Shown here: positions 11,309 through 23,947 of the stretch, one piece after another
Layout of the letters: each line of letters opens with the position of its first letter
How positions within the stretch are numbered: the first letter of the stretch is position 1
From: Macrostomum lignano
Taxonomy: Eukaryota
Direction: 5' to 3'
NCBI GenBank assembly: GCA_002269645.1
Contig: NIVC01001406.1
Coordinates: 1 to 64,000 of the forward strand
Length of the DNA stretch: 64,000 nucleotides
The notes under the pieces: model-generated
What the model saw: the letters and a program-made list of their open reading frames with translations, nothing else
The model's database searches: none
What the model was told of the DNA's origin: nothing
Translations under genes and position numbers: made by a program

Positions 11309-12954
11309 GGGACAGAGAGACCCTGGCTGTCCTGACTATTATCGATTTTGACGATCTTACTGAGACATTGGAGACTTAATATGATCCTCACGCAAAGCAA
11401 ACACATACAGTCAATAGTAAGCACAGTGTTTGTGGCTGGGATGGTTTTGATACAAATGATCAAACATCAAATGAAGATGTTCGATAAGACACACGGAGAG
11501 AGCAACTAAGGGCTTTGTTTCCTCTACAAATTTTTTTGGAGACCCATGCACTGCTTGGCACGAAAAGCATATACGGTAGAGCCTCAGTTCAATCGTCAAA
11601 AGCGATGTCTGCACAATAACCCTGTCGTTGTTTTTCTTGTTGATTTCATTTTTTTAAGTTAATCAGTAAATTTCATCTGACAATGATACGTGTATTGGTG
11701 CTTTGAAAATTTCTTAATTAGAGGTTTATTGCTTTAGACAGTTGTAGGATATTCAGCACCCGTCCATCTGTAAATACGAGATATTATTGAGCACCCTTAA
11801 TGGTTAATGTATAATACTAAATACCCAATCTAAATCTGTCATGTCGAAAGAGCTATTTTCAAATCAAAAATGCTCAAATAGTCTACTCCTTTATCCATTG
11901 ATATAACATGTTTAACTGCACCTGTCGCCTTAACCGCGCTCTTTCTTCTCTGGACAGAATTACGTTGACGCTATTGACTGTAAGTTAAATTAATGCCCCA
12001 TTCTGACCTGACAATCACAAGCCTAGATACATGGAACATTTGACTTAATTCTCCTCATCCTTCCTGCATTATTAGCATACAAAATTCCGAGTTGTTATTT
12101 AGTCTTACATGACTTTCACTTACAGTAATTTAACAACCGAATTAAAGCCAGTGCATGTTTGTTGTGTAAATAAATGATTACCCGATGCTGGACATTAAAA
12201 ACAATTCTTTAAAGAATTACAGTGAGAATTATAACGAGCTATTCTGTATAGAAAAGCAAAAGAAAACTGCATTTTACAATATATGTACCTCCCACTGTTG
12301 GTTTATAAAGTGCCTGCATTCGAGCGCCCTTCCGATTCATAAGAGAACTAATATGCATGACCCCGACCAGGGAGTAACAGGCCAATGCTGAGCTAAGGCG
12401 TTGCAATTACAGTGCTGCCATATATGCTGAGCCTCCACGCCTGAAAGGACGTACCATATTGATTTGCTTCACGCTCTCAGTATCTGGGTGAGCAGTATGC
12501 TCACCCTCCCCCCGACCGTCCTATACTGAGTCAGACCCACTAACTGGCTGACAAGACTATTTTATTTTCTAAGGCGGACGACTGCAGGCCCGATCGGAAC
12601 AAAAAATCCAGTATGAAAAGAAACAACAGGAGCAATAGTTTTATAAGGATCTCTCTCTCTACCTCTCTCTCTCCCGGAGTTCAATTTGGGTAGTTGGGTA
12701 AGTGGGTGGCTTCGGAGAGGGAGGGGGGTTCACCCTTTAGTGCGAGCGTGAACCGATTTTAGCGCGGATCACGCGACTCTCCGCTGTGTTCAGGAAGCCC
12801 GCCAGACCTTCTGCTCTTGTTGTGCACTATTGAACTGCTACTTAGTAGCCAGTTTGCTGTGCTGCCAGAGAGGGAGAGAGAGAGAGAGGGTGAGGAAGAG
12901 AGAAGGAAGGAGAGCCGGGTGGCGCCCCTGCAGTCGAGCTTCGGGTGGATGAGT

Positions 12955-13280
12955 CAGGGACTTCTCTATATAGCATCTGGACTGGAAGCTTCGCAATTTT
13001 TTTCCGTCTCTATACCTCACAGGGGCAAAAGAAGAAAAGACCCAGAAGGAGGAAAGGAGACAGGAAAAATTTAACTGTCAAGCTGGCCATAAACATGACA
13101 AAGACACTGTACACAGACAGGGACTTCTCTATATAGCATCTGGACTGGAAGCTTCGCAATTTTTTTCCGTCTCTATACCTCACAGGGGCAAAAGAAGAAA
13201 AGACCCAGAAGGAGGAAAGGAGACAGGAAAAATTTAACTGTCAAGCTGGCCATAAACATGACAAAGACACTGTACACAGA
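12955..13280. repeat. 163-bp perfect tandem duplication (left end of the P element)
   Basis: 12955-13117 is identical to 13118-13280. Confidence 0.9.
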
Positions 13281-13567
13281 AAAGAAGCAAAGTTCAGGGG
13301 CATGCAGGGAAGAGCTCATGGGGTAAATTTTATCCCCCAACAATGAATCTTTAACATGTACGTTTATCTTGAAAACTAGTCTGCTATTCGGACTGAGTCA
13401 TGAGTGGAGGTGATGAGTGGGAGTCCCACTCCCACGTTCTATATATACTGACGAGCTGGCTGTACTGTACAATAATGGAAAAGAAAATTTTGCCTTCAGT
13501 GCCTGCCTCATCAATTTCACAATACTGCTGCAGTTGCTTCAAGCACTGACAATTGTGTTCCAACAAA

Positions 13568-14630
13568 ATGGTTAAGTCGTGCTCAGCACAGGGCTGCACT
13601 AATTGAGCCTCCTCGGACAAGGAGCTCTCATGGCTATCCTATGCACAATGCAGTCCTTCTTGAACAATGGAAGCGAGCAAATCCAAGGCAGAACTTCGAG
13701 CCTACCAAGAGCTCAACCATTTGCTCTGCGCACTTCCACCCCAAGACTTCGTGGAAAACTCTCTGGACACCAACGCGAACCGCAAGAAGGGCCGGGACCA
13801 ACTGTCGAGGCGGTGTCTGAAGCCAGGGGCGGTGCCGTCTATCTTCCCGAATAGACTTATCTCTCTTCTTATCTCTCTTCTGCCAAGGCGGAACCGAGGT
13901 CAACTGCGGCAACATCAACTCAGCGCTTGGAGAGAGAAAATACTGCACTGCAAGGCCAAATTGATGAGTTCCGAGATGCGGACTCAATCGTTGACGACTA
14001 CCTTGATGAAGTGCAGCTAAAACTGAATCGAGAGGAAGAAAAACCGGTAGGATTTCTTACCATCATGCTTGCTGACCAGCTGCATCTACGCGCTGAACAT
14101 GGAGCCTTCCTTTCATGTCTCATGCTACATCTACATGGCTAAGGACCACAGCATCACTATTGGAGTCAATGGAGTGTTGCTAAAGCCAACCCGACTCAGA
14201 GACTTACTTTCGGACGGGAAAGTATCGACTCTCAGTCAACTAGTCAACATAATGTCCAAAGTCAAGAACTGGGAGGTAGACACTGACAGTGCCAAAGCTG
14301 AAGGCAAGGCCAACCGTATGCTTGACATGGCCCAAGATCTTCTGGAAGAAGCGGAGAATCTTGTTGAGAATCGCACTGTTGGCTTCATTTTGGAGCAGCT
14401 GAAACTCAGCAGGCAGCCGAGCTGCAGAAGGAGATATTCACAGCAGCTCATGATCTTCGCTTATGTTCTGTACTCCACCAGCGCTTCGGCTTATAAGACA
14501 ATACTGGAGCAGGACGTCCTCTGTTTTCCATCTGATCGAACCCTTCGGTCTGCTTCAGCCAAAGTTGGTTCAAAGAATGGTCTAGACATCGAAAGCTACC
14601 TTCAGTTGAGAGCATCGAAGTTATCGAAAT
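13568..14630 (+). pseudogene. Degenerate THAP-domain P-element transposase (THAP9-like), lacking the DDE core
   Basis: MVKSCSAQGCTN*...W.RANPRQNFEPTKSSTICSAHF...LKPGAVPSIFP (THAP C2CH, with a stop and frameshifts), then RRYSQQLMIFAYVLYSTSASAYKTILEQDVLCFPSDRTL, typical of P transposase N-terminal regions; truncated near 14630. Confidence 0.85.
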
Positions 14631-16258
14631 TTATCGAAATTTTTAATAATCGAAATTATTAAAAAAAGAAATCTAAATCATTCTGAATGAATTTTTATTA
14701 GGCTCATGATTTATATAACAATAAGTGCATAATGGCCAGCTATCTAATATACGATGTAACTAGGATCTAAGCTATTTTGGGAAGGGCTTTTGCCCCTCTA
14801 AGGTATATGCGGGTGGGGAGCTTCCAGTCCAGATGCTATATAGAGAAGTCCTTGGATGAGTAGTCTAGAGCAAAAAAATACTGGGCAGAAGCACACTTAT
14901 CTTCCTCGAGAGAAGTCGACTGAGCTGGGGGGGGGGAGGCGAGCAGATAAACAAGAACTAATCATAACGGACTGCAATTCTGAGCTATGAAGATAAAAAA
15001 ATTCTCTAGCAAAGATTAAAATACACTCACTTGTTGCATTCGCCCGAAACTTCTTTTGTTCCACGAGGGCGTATTTTGCTTTCAAAAAAGAGATTTTCCT
15101 GCCTTGCGATTTCATGGTAGACTTTCCCTACAATGAGCGTATTAATATTATTAACAAGATCCTACTTGGCTGCTTCTGTTCAATCGATAACGCCATGTCT
15201 TGAGGCTGTGCTCAAATAATCAAGCTTCGGTTGTGCAGTAGATCATCAATAATGCATGGTTTTATCAAGCCTACATATGTGTCATTCTCGAACTGATTTT
15301 TCTAATTTACTCAATATCATTAGTAAATTTTCGGGTGTATTTCTTGTGAGACCCTTTTCATTCTTGTGAGTAATCAATTGAAAGTCAATGCCTTAAAAGC
15401 TTATCGAATAACTTTGTGTTATTCGACATAGAGTTGGGTGTATAGAGATAGCGTTTAATGCACCACTGAATCGTGTTACAAATGCATTGCATTTCTGTTT
15501 TCTTGTGGCTGTTGCTGTCTCAAAAAATTATTATATCTTTCGGATGGTAGCTCCATAAAATCTGTTCAGACTACTCACAGTACGAGCTATGTAGCTGGTA
15601 CCGAGACTTTTTCAAAAAAAACATTCATCCTACATATTGAGGTCTCTTAAATCGCTTGAAGAGGAAGTTGTTTCAGCTGTTTAAAGTAGACAACAGGTGG
15701 GCTCATAAAAGTATTCTATAAGCTTTAGTTTCTCTCCAATAACAGCTGCAGCAACGTTGAAAGACAAAATGCGCGTATAGTGTGCAGTTCCATAATTTGG
15801 AATATCGAGAATGAACCACAGGAACACTTTTTAAACTGCGCACTGGATTTCTTCTTTAAAGAGCTACAGAGAAGAGAAGTTATAAGCCGGGTGCAAAATT
15901 TGGCAATTTGGCGCAGTCACCTGAACAGGCATGATTCGGTTACCATCGCCGCAGCGGTGCGTCATTGCGGCCGCAGTCTGCACAGCGGCTTTCATCGGTT
16001 TGAGCAGCGTAAGAATAATTTGCTAATCTCAAGATATTGTTATGGGGAATAAAAATGAAATTGCAGAAAGCTCGGGACGTGCGGCTTCTCTTGGTAGCTA
16101 TACTTCAGATGCGATGTCATCATTTGGATCCTCCAGGTCTGCAGATGGGCTCCAGAGCAGTGAATGTACTCTTTAATTTTAACTTTGCCTAGTCAAACCA
16201 AGCACAATCTCAACACTTATCTGTTTCTCACCTGATCAGACCAAAAAATACAATCCAG

Positions 16259-17794
16259 GTGTCGAAGGTCAAGGACTACGTGGCCTACACCGTGTTGACG
16301 CCGATCGCTGGCTACAGGCGGCTGCCTGCCGCAGCCGAAATACCCCGCCTGCTGCACTTCATCACCGACTCGGAGTTGGTGCTCAACGGCTATCGTCAGA
16401 CTTTGGCCAGCTGCGCTGCAGTCAATCCAGACTGGACCATCTACCTCTGGACAGAGCTGGATGTGGAGTCCCTGCTTCGTAGGCGGCAGCCCGATCTGCT
16501 CAGTTTTTACCAATTGTTGAATAGCCCGGCTGAACGGCTTGAGTTCGCCAAATATCCGGTGCTCTATCACCTGGGAGGTGAGCTTAAAATATCCTACAGA
16601 GCCAAATGAAGCTGTTTGCAACATACTTAAAAATACATTCTTTTGGTGTACTTGGCGTACCAAATGTACTTATCTCCAACGCACCGCTTTGTCACAATGT
16701 AGGAGTGATACTAGAGCTTGACGTTGAGTGCCTGAAGCCGCTGAGCTCTGCCACCGCCTTGGACTTTCGCAGTAGCGCCTTTGTGGCTGAGGAGCGCGTT
16801 GAGAACGTGATGATCTACGGCAACAGGCTGTTCCGCTTGTCGCCGGCAGCTCTTGGGTCGAGACCTGGGCACGGATTTCTGGGCTTTGTGATCAGCGCTC
16901 TTCGGGGCAATGTGTCTGTGGAAAGTGAGCTGACTAACTATCCATATTTTATTTTCGAGCATGTATTCTTATATTAAATATACATAGTTTTACTACACGT
17001 AGTATTTAGGTCTCAGGTGTCCACTTTATAGAAATTAACTACCCTCCTGCGGTTAGCTACTGGAAAGTCACTCCAGTGCCTGCTGTTTGTTTATGGGAAG
17101 TCAGTCCAGTCCATTCTGTTAGTTGATGGGAAGTCACTCCAGTGCCTGCTGTTAGTTGATGGGAAGTCGCTACGGTCACGGTTAGTTTATGGGAAGTCAC
17201 TCCAGTGCCTGCTGTTAGTTGATGGGAAGTCGCTACGGTCACGGTTAGTTTATGGGAAGTCACTACAGTCCCTTCGGTTAGTTGACGGGAAGTCACTACT
17301 TAGAAAGTGTGACCGTCTCAGTGAGAAAATTAATCGCGTAATAAATTGTCATAGCAACATTCTGGCTAGGTCCCAGCCTAGACCGAAACTTCCTGAGCGC
17401 CTGCTACCGCCAGTGGCTGACTCTGGACAATCACGGCCTCACCCTGACCGTCCTGCCATCGGAGGTGTTCTCCCCTAGCCTGGAGGACCGGGACACAATG
17501 CGGCTGCTCTGCGGCTACCATCGCCAGGCCAATTTGAGCGCAATATATCGACTTCGACACCGGGGCTGCGCGTTGCTCGACGAAATCATCGAGGCCAACT
17601 CAACCGGCGTCACCGACCGAACAGTGGCCGCCCACCAGCACCTGCAGCCGGAGAGGCTGCAGCGACTGCAGGAGCTGCTGGCTAACGGCGAGAACAGAGA
17701 ATTTGCCGCCAATGACACACTGACTGGGCGGTTTAATGCAACCCAGCTGCTGAGGGCGCGCCATTTCGCCAGACTGTCTGCTGGTCGTGCGTAA
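16259..17794 (+). CDS. Glycosyltransferase family 32-like protein (OCH1/DXD-type sugar-binding region); 3 resolved exons, N-terminal exon unresolved
   Basis: Exons 16259-16577 (IPRLLHF...SCAAVNPDWTIYLWT...RLEFAKYPVLYHLGG, donor gtgag), 16703-16924 (GVILELDVECLKP, donor gtgag) and 17370-17794 (stop TAA); both introns phase 1. Matches the GT32 pattern IP+iiH...W...NPdw...lw...R.d..Ry.vLy..GG+Y.D.D. Candidate upstream ATG at 16055. Confidence 0.75.
17057..17300. repeat. 33-bp minisatellite in a GT32 intron
   Basis: Unit gggaagtcactccagtgcctgctgttagttgat; copies at 17095, 17128 and 17161. Confidence 0.9.
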
Positions 17795-18163
17795 TATTGG
17801 CCAGACACAAGACTGACTCTCTCCGCATCTTTAGAAGTAAAAAGCTGAAGAAAACAAAACTAGTTGAACGCAAAGATATATTCTTTACGCGAGATAAGCC
17901 ACCCTCAGTAGTTTAAAGGACATCAGCACTCATTTTTGTTTGAGAATTGTTCTAAACTGGAAACGAAGCCTAAAGACTAGTTTCTAAATCTTCAGTAGAT
18001 AGAAGAGATCCTGTTCAAATGTTTATTCACCCCAAATGAGAGCAAAAGCGAGCACCGGCAGATAGTACGAGCTGTTCCCAAAAGCGAGTGATGAGAGAGG
18101 CCTATCGTGTGTAATATACCATTTTCAGGTCAATCGAGCCTTTGATTTAGCTGTGAGAATTAA

Positions 18164-18321
18164 GCTACTGAAGACTTGCTTTTCATTGTCTATGGCCAGA
18201 AGGGGGTCTGTGAAGTAACCAATTGGTGAATTTAGGCGCGCAATAAATCCCAATTCTCCGATTGGCTGCTACACAGAACCCCTTTTGGGCCATAGACAAT
18301 AAGAAGCAAGTCTTCAATAGC
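18164..18321. mobile_element. Foldback (near-palindromic) element of the CCATAGAC family
   Basis: gctactgaagacttgcttttcattgtctatggcc... mirrors ...ggccatagacaataagaagcaagtcttcaatagc over most of its length. Confidence 0.65.
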
Positions 18322-18733
18322 CTGAGACACGCCTCGTGAAACACAATATTACATTGTCAGCAAATAAATATCCTATGACCAGTCATGTCTCACATATCCT
18401 ACTTAGTACAGCAGTAAGTCCATTCGATGCGTGTAATCTGGTAGAAAATTCGTTTATTTACCATTATCCCTTCGTACATCCAACTTTCTATATTACTATT
18501 ATTCTCTATCCTACTCTCATTTTGGATCCAATCTATAAAAATAATACTATCAATTAATTTATGCTAGCTGTATCGTACAAAAGGAGAATGCGAGAATTCT
18601 TTTATTTTAAATAAACGTATTCATTCTACTTATTAAGTGGAACTATAATTAAGTTTTGCTTGCTACTGCTCAAAACAAAACAGAAATTGAAAAAAAGCAC
18701 CAGGTGCTTTCTACTCTATTAACTATAGGTGTT

Positions 18734-19180
18734 GGATATACTACTGGAAGCCGTCCAAGAGCGGGGAAACCCAGAAGTCTTGGAATAGGGCTTAACTATT
18801 GGAGCGTCTGGAAGGCTTGTATCCGAAGGCGAGTCTCCTATCAGGTAGGCAACCGCACAAATCCTCCTATAGGGCTGCAAGCCTATTTCCGAAACTCATT
18901 TCCAATTTTCGCGCACTCCCGAGGACTTGTCTGCTGGGGGGGGGGGGTAGCCTGGGTGGACTCGGTCCTAGCATCGCCCCTGATTCCACTTTTTGGGTTG
19001 TCGGTGTCTTGTACCGTAGGTTTGGGCTAGTAGCTCCAAAATTCCCCCTGGCCTAGACGTCGGGGCCCAATCAGGAGGGTATCTCTGGCTTAGGCCCCTG
19101 GAAGTGCCCCTCAGCGGCAGAGCCCCCCAGGGCTGATCCGCGGGAAGCTAGCTCTTTCCACCCCCGTTTAACAACAACAA
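18734..19180 (+). mobile_element. Non-LTR retroposon insertion (5'-truncated LINE or SINE) with (AAC)n tail
   Basis: 14-bp TSD TAACTATAGGTGTT at 18720-18733 and 19181-19194; element ends ...CCCCCGTTTAACAACAACAA. Confidence 0.75.
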
Positions 19181-19664
19181 TAACTATAGGTGTTACCTAT
19201 CCCACATCGTTAACCCTAGGTTTGATCTTTGGGAAATACCCTGACCTAGTTAACTCTGTAGGTTAAATTTATAAATAGAGAGATAGATAGATAGATAGAT
19301 AGATAGTAGATAGCGAGAAAGAGCGAGCGAAGCGAGCTCTTTCGAGCTTGCTTGCCGCAGCCAATCAAGCTGAATGCACGCACACAAGATCACCGGAAAC
19401 GATTAAGGCAGCTGGAAAGCCAATGGGCGCGGTAAGCGCTTTTATCCAGAGGAACTACCTGCTGGAACCAGCCTGCCGTTCGAAAATCAGACTACTCAAG
19501 TAGTGCAAAAGAGTGCGAGCAACTACCGAGAAATCTAATTTTCGTAACCGCTCCGGTGCAGGTCCTGGCAATAGATGGTAGATAGCGAGAAAGAGCGAGC
19601 GAAGCGAGCTCTTTCGAGCTTGCTTGCCGCAGCCAATCAAGCTGAATGCACGCACGCTGAATGC

Positions 19665-19984
<320 letters not shown>

Positions 19985-21540
19985 GCAGGCGAAATCTACA
20001 GAAAAGATTGCCCACCTGGTCAAAGCTATAGGTGAAAACTGCAAGAAAGAGTGCCCAAAATGGTTCACTCTCAGTTGTGACCTAAGGTAAAGCACCGGCA
20101 GATAGTACGAGCTGTCTCAATATTGTTGCAAAAATTACCTGGATTAGAGTATTGGAATACCTGCTATCTGCTACTTGGTTATTTGGGTTTTTGCTGTTAT
20201 CTCATATCTTTTATCTTTGTTCTTGTCTTCTGCTGACTCTTTGTTCGATGGTTTTTTCTTCCCACGAGACAGTTCTTCTCTCTTTCACAAGCGCTTCTTT
20301 TTCAGCCGGGTTCTCAGTTCTCAACCCCAGCAACAGTCAACTTGTGAGCTGCCTGCCGGCTTTCTGTGCTCAGCGAGCGCCTTATCGCGGCTTTTGAGTA
20401 GAAATTGCTGGCTCAACAACAGGCTTCGGGTCTTTATCTGGTGCCGACTTTGCCCCCTTTCGGCTGAAAGACTGTCGAGCTTGAAGGAATAAGAATTACA
20501 AGCTCTCTGTCTCTCTCTCTTCTGTTGCCGCAGGAAACCAGCCTTATCTGGCCGGAGACCCTCCTGGCCTGCTCTTCATGTTTGCCCAGCAGAAGTTTCC
20601 AAACGCATTTGAGCGAGGGGAGGGCTTGGATAATACCTTTGAAACCCCTGCAAGCAAGGTGGCGGGCAATTCGAAGGATAAGGGACTGACTGGGTGCGTA
20701 GAGGGGTTCCCACAGGCAGACGGACGAGCCTTATCGCTTATCCAGCCCCACTCCCCCACTCACCGACCTAGTGCTGGAGTAAAAACGTAATATAGATTGC
20801 CTTTTATCCGCTGAGGCCCATGGAGTGTTAATCATTGTATGAGCCGCATGCCCCCTTTATCTTATCGACGCGTTTCAAGCCTCATGTACAGTCATGGCTG
20901 ACTGGCCGGGCCCCTCTGTTCGAACCCATAAATACGCGGGAAAGCCGGGCCCGCCTCTTTCAGACAGGAGACGCTTTCAAAATTCCAACCAGAAATTGGA
21001 AGAACAAGGCTTTCTCGTTCATTTCTAAGTAAGTAGACTCTGGATTTTCTGTGCAACTTTTGGCTGAGATGTTTTATTTAGCTTGCAAGCTCAGTGGAGA
21101 GAGTTGTATCTCGTCCTGACACGGACTCAATTCGGCGCTGTGCAATACCAGCGGCTGTACAATCGCCAAGATGAGATTCAACTCCTCCAACTGCACTTGG
21201 CGAGACTGACCAGCTGCACCAGACTGACCACACTTCCGTTCTCTCACGGCTTAAATCTAAGGCAGTTAATATTATGATAAAAAGTAAATTTCAAAGTATT
21301 GATGTAGTAGCTAACAATATTTCAAAGTTTTGCATTCAATGTGACCATTGTGGGTTGATTCCTACCTTAAAGTATGTCAGATACTACTTCAAATACCGTG
21401 TGCAAAGCGTTAATTTCGTTTCGAACTTTTCCGTATCATAAATAATAATAAGAATTGCAGGAGGCTTATTCGTGCAACGCCTTAGGCAAAATGGTCCCAC
21501 AACCAGCGCAGAGGCAATTCTAGCCATTCCACTGGCTCCT

Positions 21541-21660
21541 GAGCACACGCACTCATAACACACGCTCACACAGGGTGTACAGCGGCCCTGACTTTCTACT
21601 CATCAGGCATGTACACTCTCTGTGCCTAATTGAATTGGGGGTTGGCCATTGTGGCGTATG
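21541..21660 (-). mobile_element. tRNA-SINE family 3' fragment
   Basis: gtgtacagcggccctgactttctactcatcaggcatgtacactctctgtgcc (plus strand) shared with the 26.3 kb and 61 kb copies. Confidence 0.65.
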
Positions 21661-22639
21661 TATCGCACGACATGAATCACTTCCCCGCCCGAAGAAAGTT
21701 ACAATGACCAAAAAGTGATGGTTTGAATGAATAGTTAGTACTTGTCCTTACATGTAGATTCTGGTTCAGGGACTTAAAGAACTACTCGATTTCTTGCTAA
21801 ATCCCTGACATGCTATAAATTTCTACAAGTATCCAAAGTCAATATTCATTAGACTTAGTTTGATCGTTATGAGACTACAATAATCCTGTCCTAATCCTGT
21901 CCATATCAACAATTGCTCCATAGATGAGCAGAGCCTGGAGGCTGGGCTAAAGCACAGTCCAGAAGTGACGCGACGGGCCTTTCAGTTCAGTATTAGAAAT
22001 ACAGTAGAAATAATCAATTAGCCTAATCTCCGCCAGGAAATTTCACTTTTACTAAAAAAAGCAGGCAGTCGAGAAATCAATTAGATTGGATCGAATGACG
22101 TTAGAACAGGTTTCCTATTAATAGGAGCAATAAGTACATGTACAATCTCTTAAATTGCATCAAATTCCACAGAAATATCACCGACGGATACGAGTCGATG
22201 ACTTTAGTTTGCAGACAAAATAGTTGGCCATTGTTTCAGCCTAAGCCGGTGTTTAAACCATAGACAACTTGTAGGTTGAAAAGCGGTTTTTCTGTTTCAG
22301 GAACTTCTCAAAGGAACTACCATAAGTGCTCCTGAGTCGTTCTTTGCAGCGGCTTGGATTCCTACGGCACCAAGTTCGGCTCCATCTTCGTCAAGAGGCA
22401 GCTCCAGTAATTTTAAAAATGCATCTTTAAGCCACTTGATAAATGCACTCGTTGAGATGATTCTTTGAACTAAGCTCAGATAGTATTTGAAATTCATTGC
22501 TATTCACTCCGTTAAAGCTTTCCACCGGAAGATGCGATCAATCGATAAGCGCCATCGCTAAAAAAAGCTCACTATCAATCATCGCTCTCTATATCTCTCC
22601 CTCCTCGTCAGTTCAAGCCTCTGCAGTCTACCATCTGAT

Positions 22640-23130
22640 TATTGATCTATAGTCTATGGCCAAACCAACTGATTATTCATCTAAAGTCTATGGCCAAACC
22701 AACTGATTATTCATCTATAGTCCATGGTCAAACCATCTGATTATTCATCTATAGTCTATGGCCAAACCAACTGATTATTCATCTAAAGTCTATGGCCAAA
22801 CCATCTGATTATTCATCTATAGTCTATGGTCAAACCAACTGATTATTCATCTATAGTCTATGGTCAAACCATCTGATTATTCATCTATAGTCTATGGTCA
22901 AACCAACTGATTATTCATCTATAGTCTATGGTCAAACCATCTGATTATTCATCTATAGTCTATGGTCAAACCATCTGATTATTCATCTATAGTCTATGGC
23001 CAAACCATCTGATCACTCATCTATAGTCTATGGCCAAACCATCTGATTATTCATCTATAGTCTATGGCCAAACCAACTCATTATTCATCGAATCTATGGC
23101 CAAACCAACTGAATATTACCCTAGTCTATG
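22640..23130. repeat. 34-bp minisatellite containing TAGTCTATGG
   Basis: Unit tctatagtctatggccaaaccaactgattattca; period 34. Confidence 0.92.
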
Positions 23131-23578
23131 GCTAAACCAACTAAAGCACATCGTTCATACCGATTTTGTCACTAACGATGCCCAACACTGGTGAAGATTA
23201 GGCATTATGAAAGTGGAGGATGCTCTAAACCTTTATGCGATTTAAGATTTTATCATGTGATTTTGTTGTATAGTGGTGTCCTAATTTAAGTTTTTGTCTA
23301 GGTGAAATTTAGGTCTTACAAAACCCGGAACCCCCCATTCGTTGCAAAATGCACCATCAAGATATGAAATTTGCAGCTTTATTCTCTACATATCCTCTTT
23401 ACCATTCCTGCGTCATCAATGTCAAATAAGATGGCGAGCTTTTTCAGCCAGCAAAAAGTTTTTGTAAGCTCGTCCTGTAATTTTGAGGAGCGGCGTGATT
23501 CTCATCGGTTTTATTTAGTTCAATCTGCGTCCTGACTCTCTTAATGACATGAGAAATTTGGTCAGACAGCCTCTCAAA

Positions 23579-23863
23579 CTACCAGGCCTGCGCTACAAAT
23601 GGATGCCGCGCCGCCCTTTTGATCGACGCCGCCGCAGGCGGGCGCCACCGATGATGGCTTTTCTCCGCCGGGATCCGCCGCGGCCACCACGGCGCTTTGA
23701 TCTCCGCCTCCGCATCCGCCGCCGACAGCGAGTCACCAGCCACTTCAACAGCCTCGTCATTGCGGCCGAGACGAAAGCCGGAGCAGGAAGGCGTCAGAAG
23801 CAGAGAGCTCAAACAGAGCAGAGCCAGCGCCACGGCTTGCAGGCTTGATGCAGTGCGCAGCAT
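23579..23863 (-). CDS. Small secreted protein, candidate neuropeptide precursor (94 aa)
   Basis: GC-rich ORF with a clear signal peptide (MLRTASSLQAVALALLCLSSLLLTPSCSG) followed by FRL-G-R, an acidic spacer, and RR and KR sites; a 3' splice-like ttcctcgcag lies just upstream of the ATG. Confidence 0.55.
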   Translation of the reverse strand: MLRTASSLQAVALALLCLSSLLLTPSCSGFRLGRNDEAVEVAGDSLSAADAEAEIKAPWWPRRIPAEKSHHRWRPPAAASIKRAARHPFVAQAW

Positions 23864-23947
23864 CTCTGCGAGGAATTGGGATCAGGAAATCCGGAGCATG
23901 CAATAGCGTCTTAGCTCGATTTTTCCTGATGAGACATGATATGAGTT

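Larger units (their letters stand above)
12955..14854 (+). mobile_element. P-superfamily (THAP) DNA transposon, internally deleted, with duplicated left end
   Basis: 36-bp TIRs: CAGGGACTTCTCTATATAGCATCTGGACTGGAAGCT at 12955 (repeated at 13118) and its inverse at 14819-14854 with one mismatch; 7-bp TSD GATGAGT at 12948-12954 and 14855-14861. Confidence 0.88.

Noticed and set aside
21585-21615. Hammerhead-like CTGATGA-GTA-GAAA on the minus strand in SINE copies (also at about 61065)
   Set aside because: There is no stem II pair and no valid stem III/UH; the CTGA instead pairs with downstream TCAG as an ordinary hairpin.
23549-23848. Arg/Pro-rich plus-strand ORF
   Set aside because: Antisense shadow of the GC-rich signal-peptide ORF on the minus strand.
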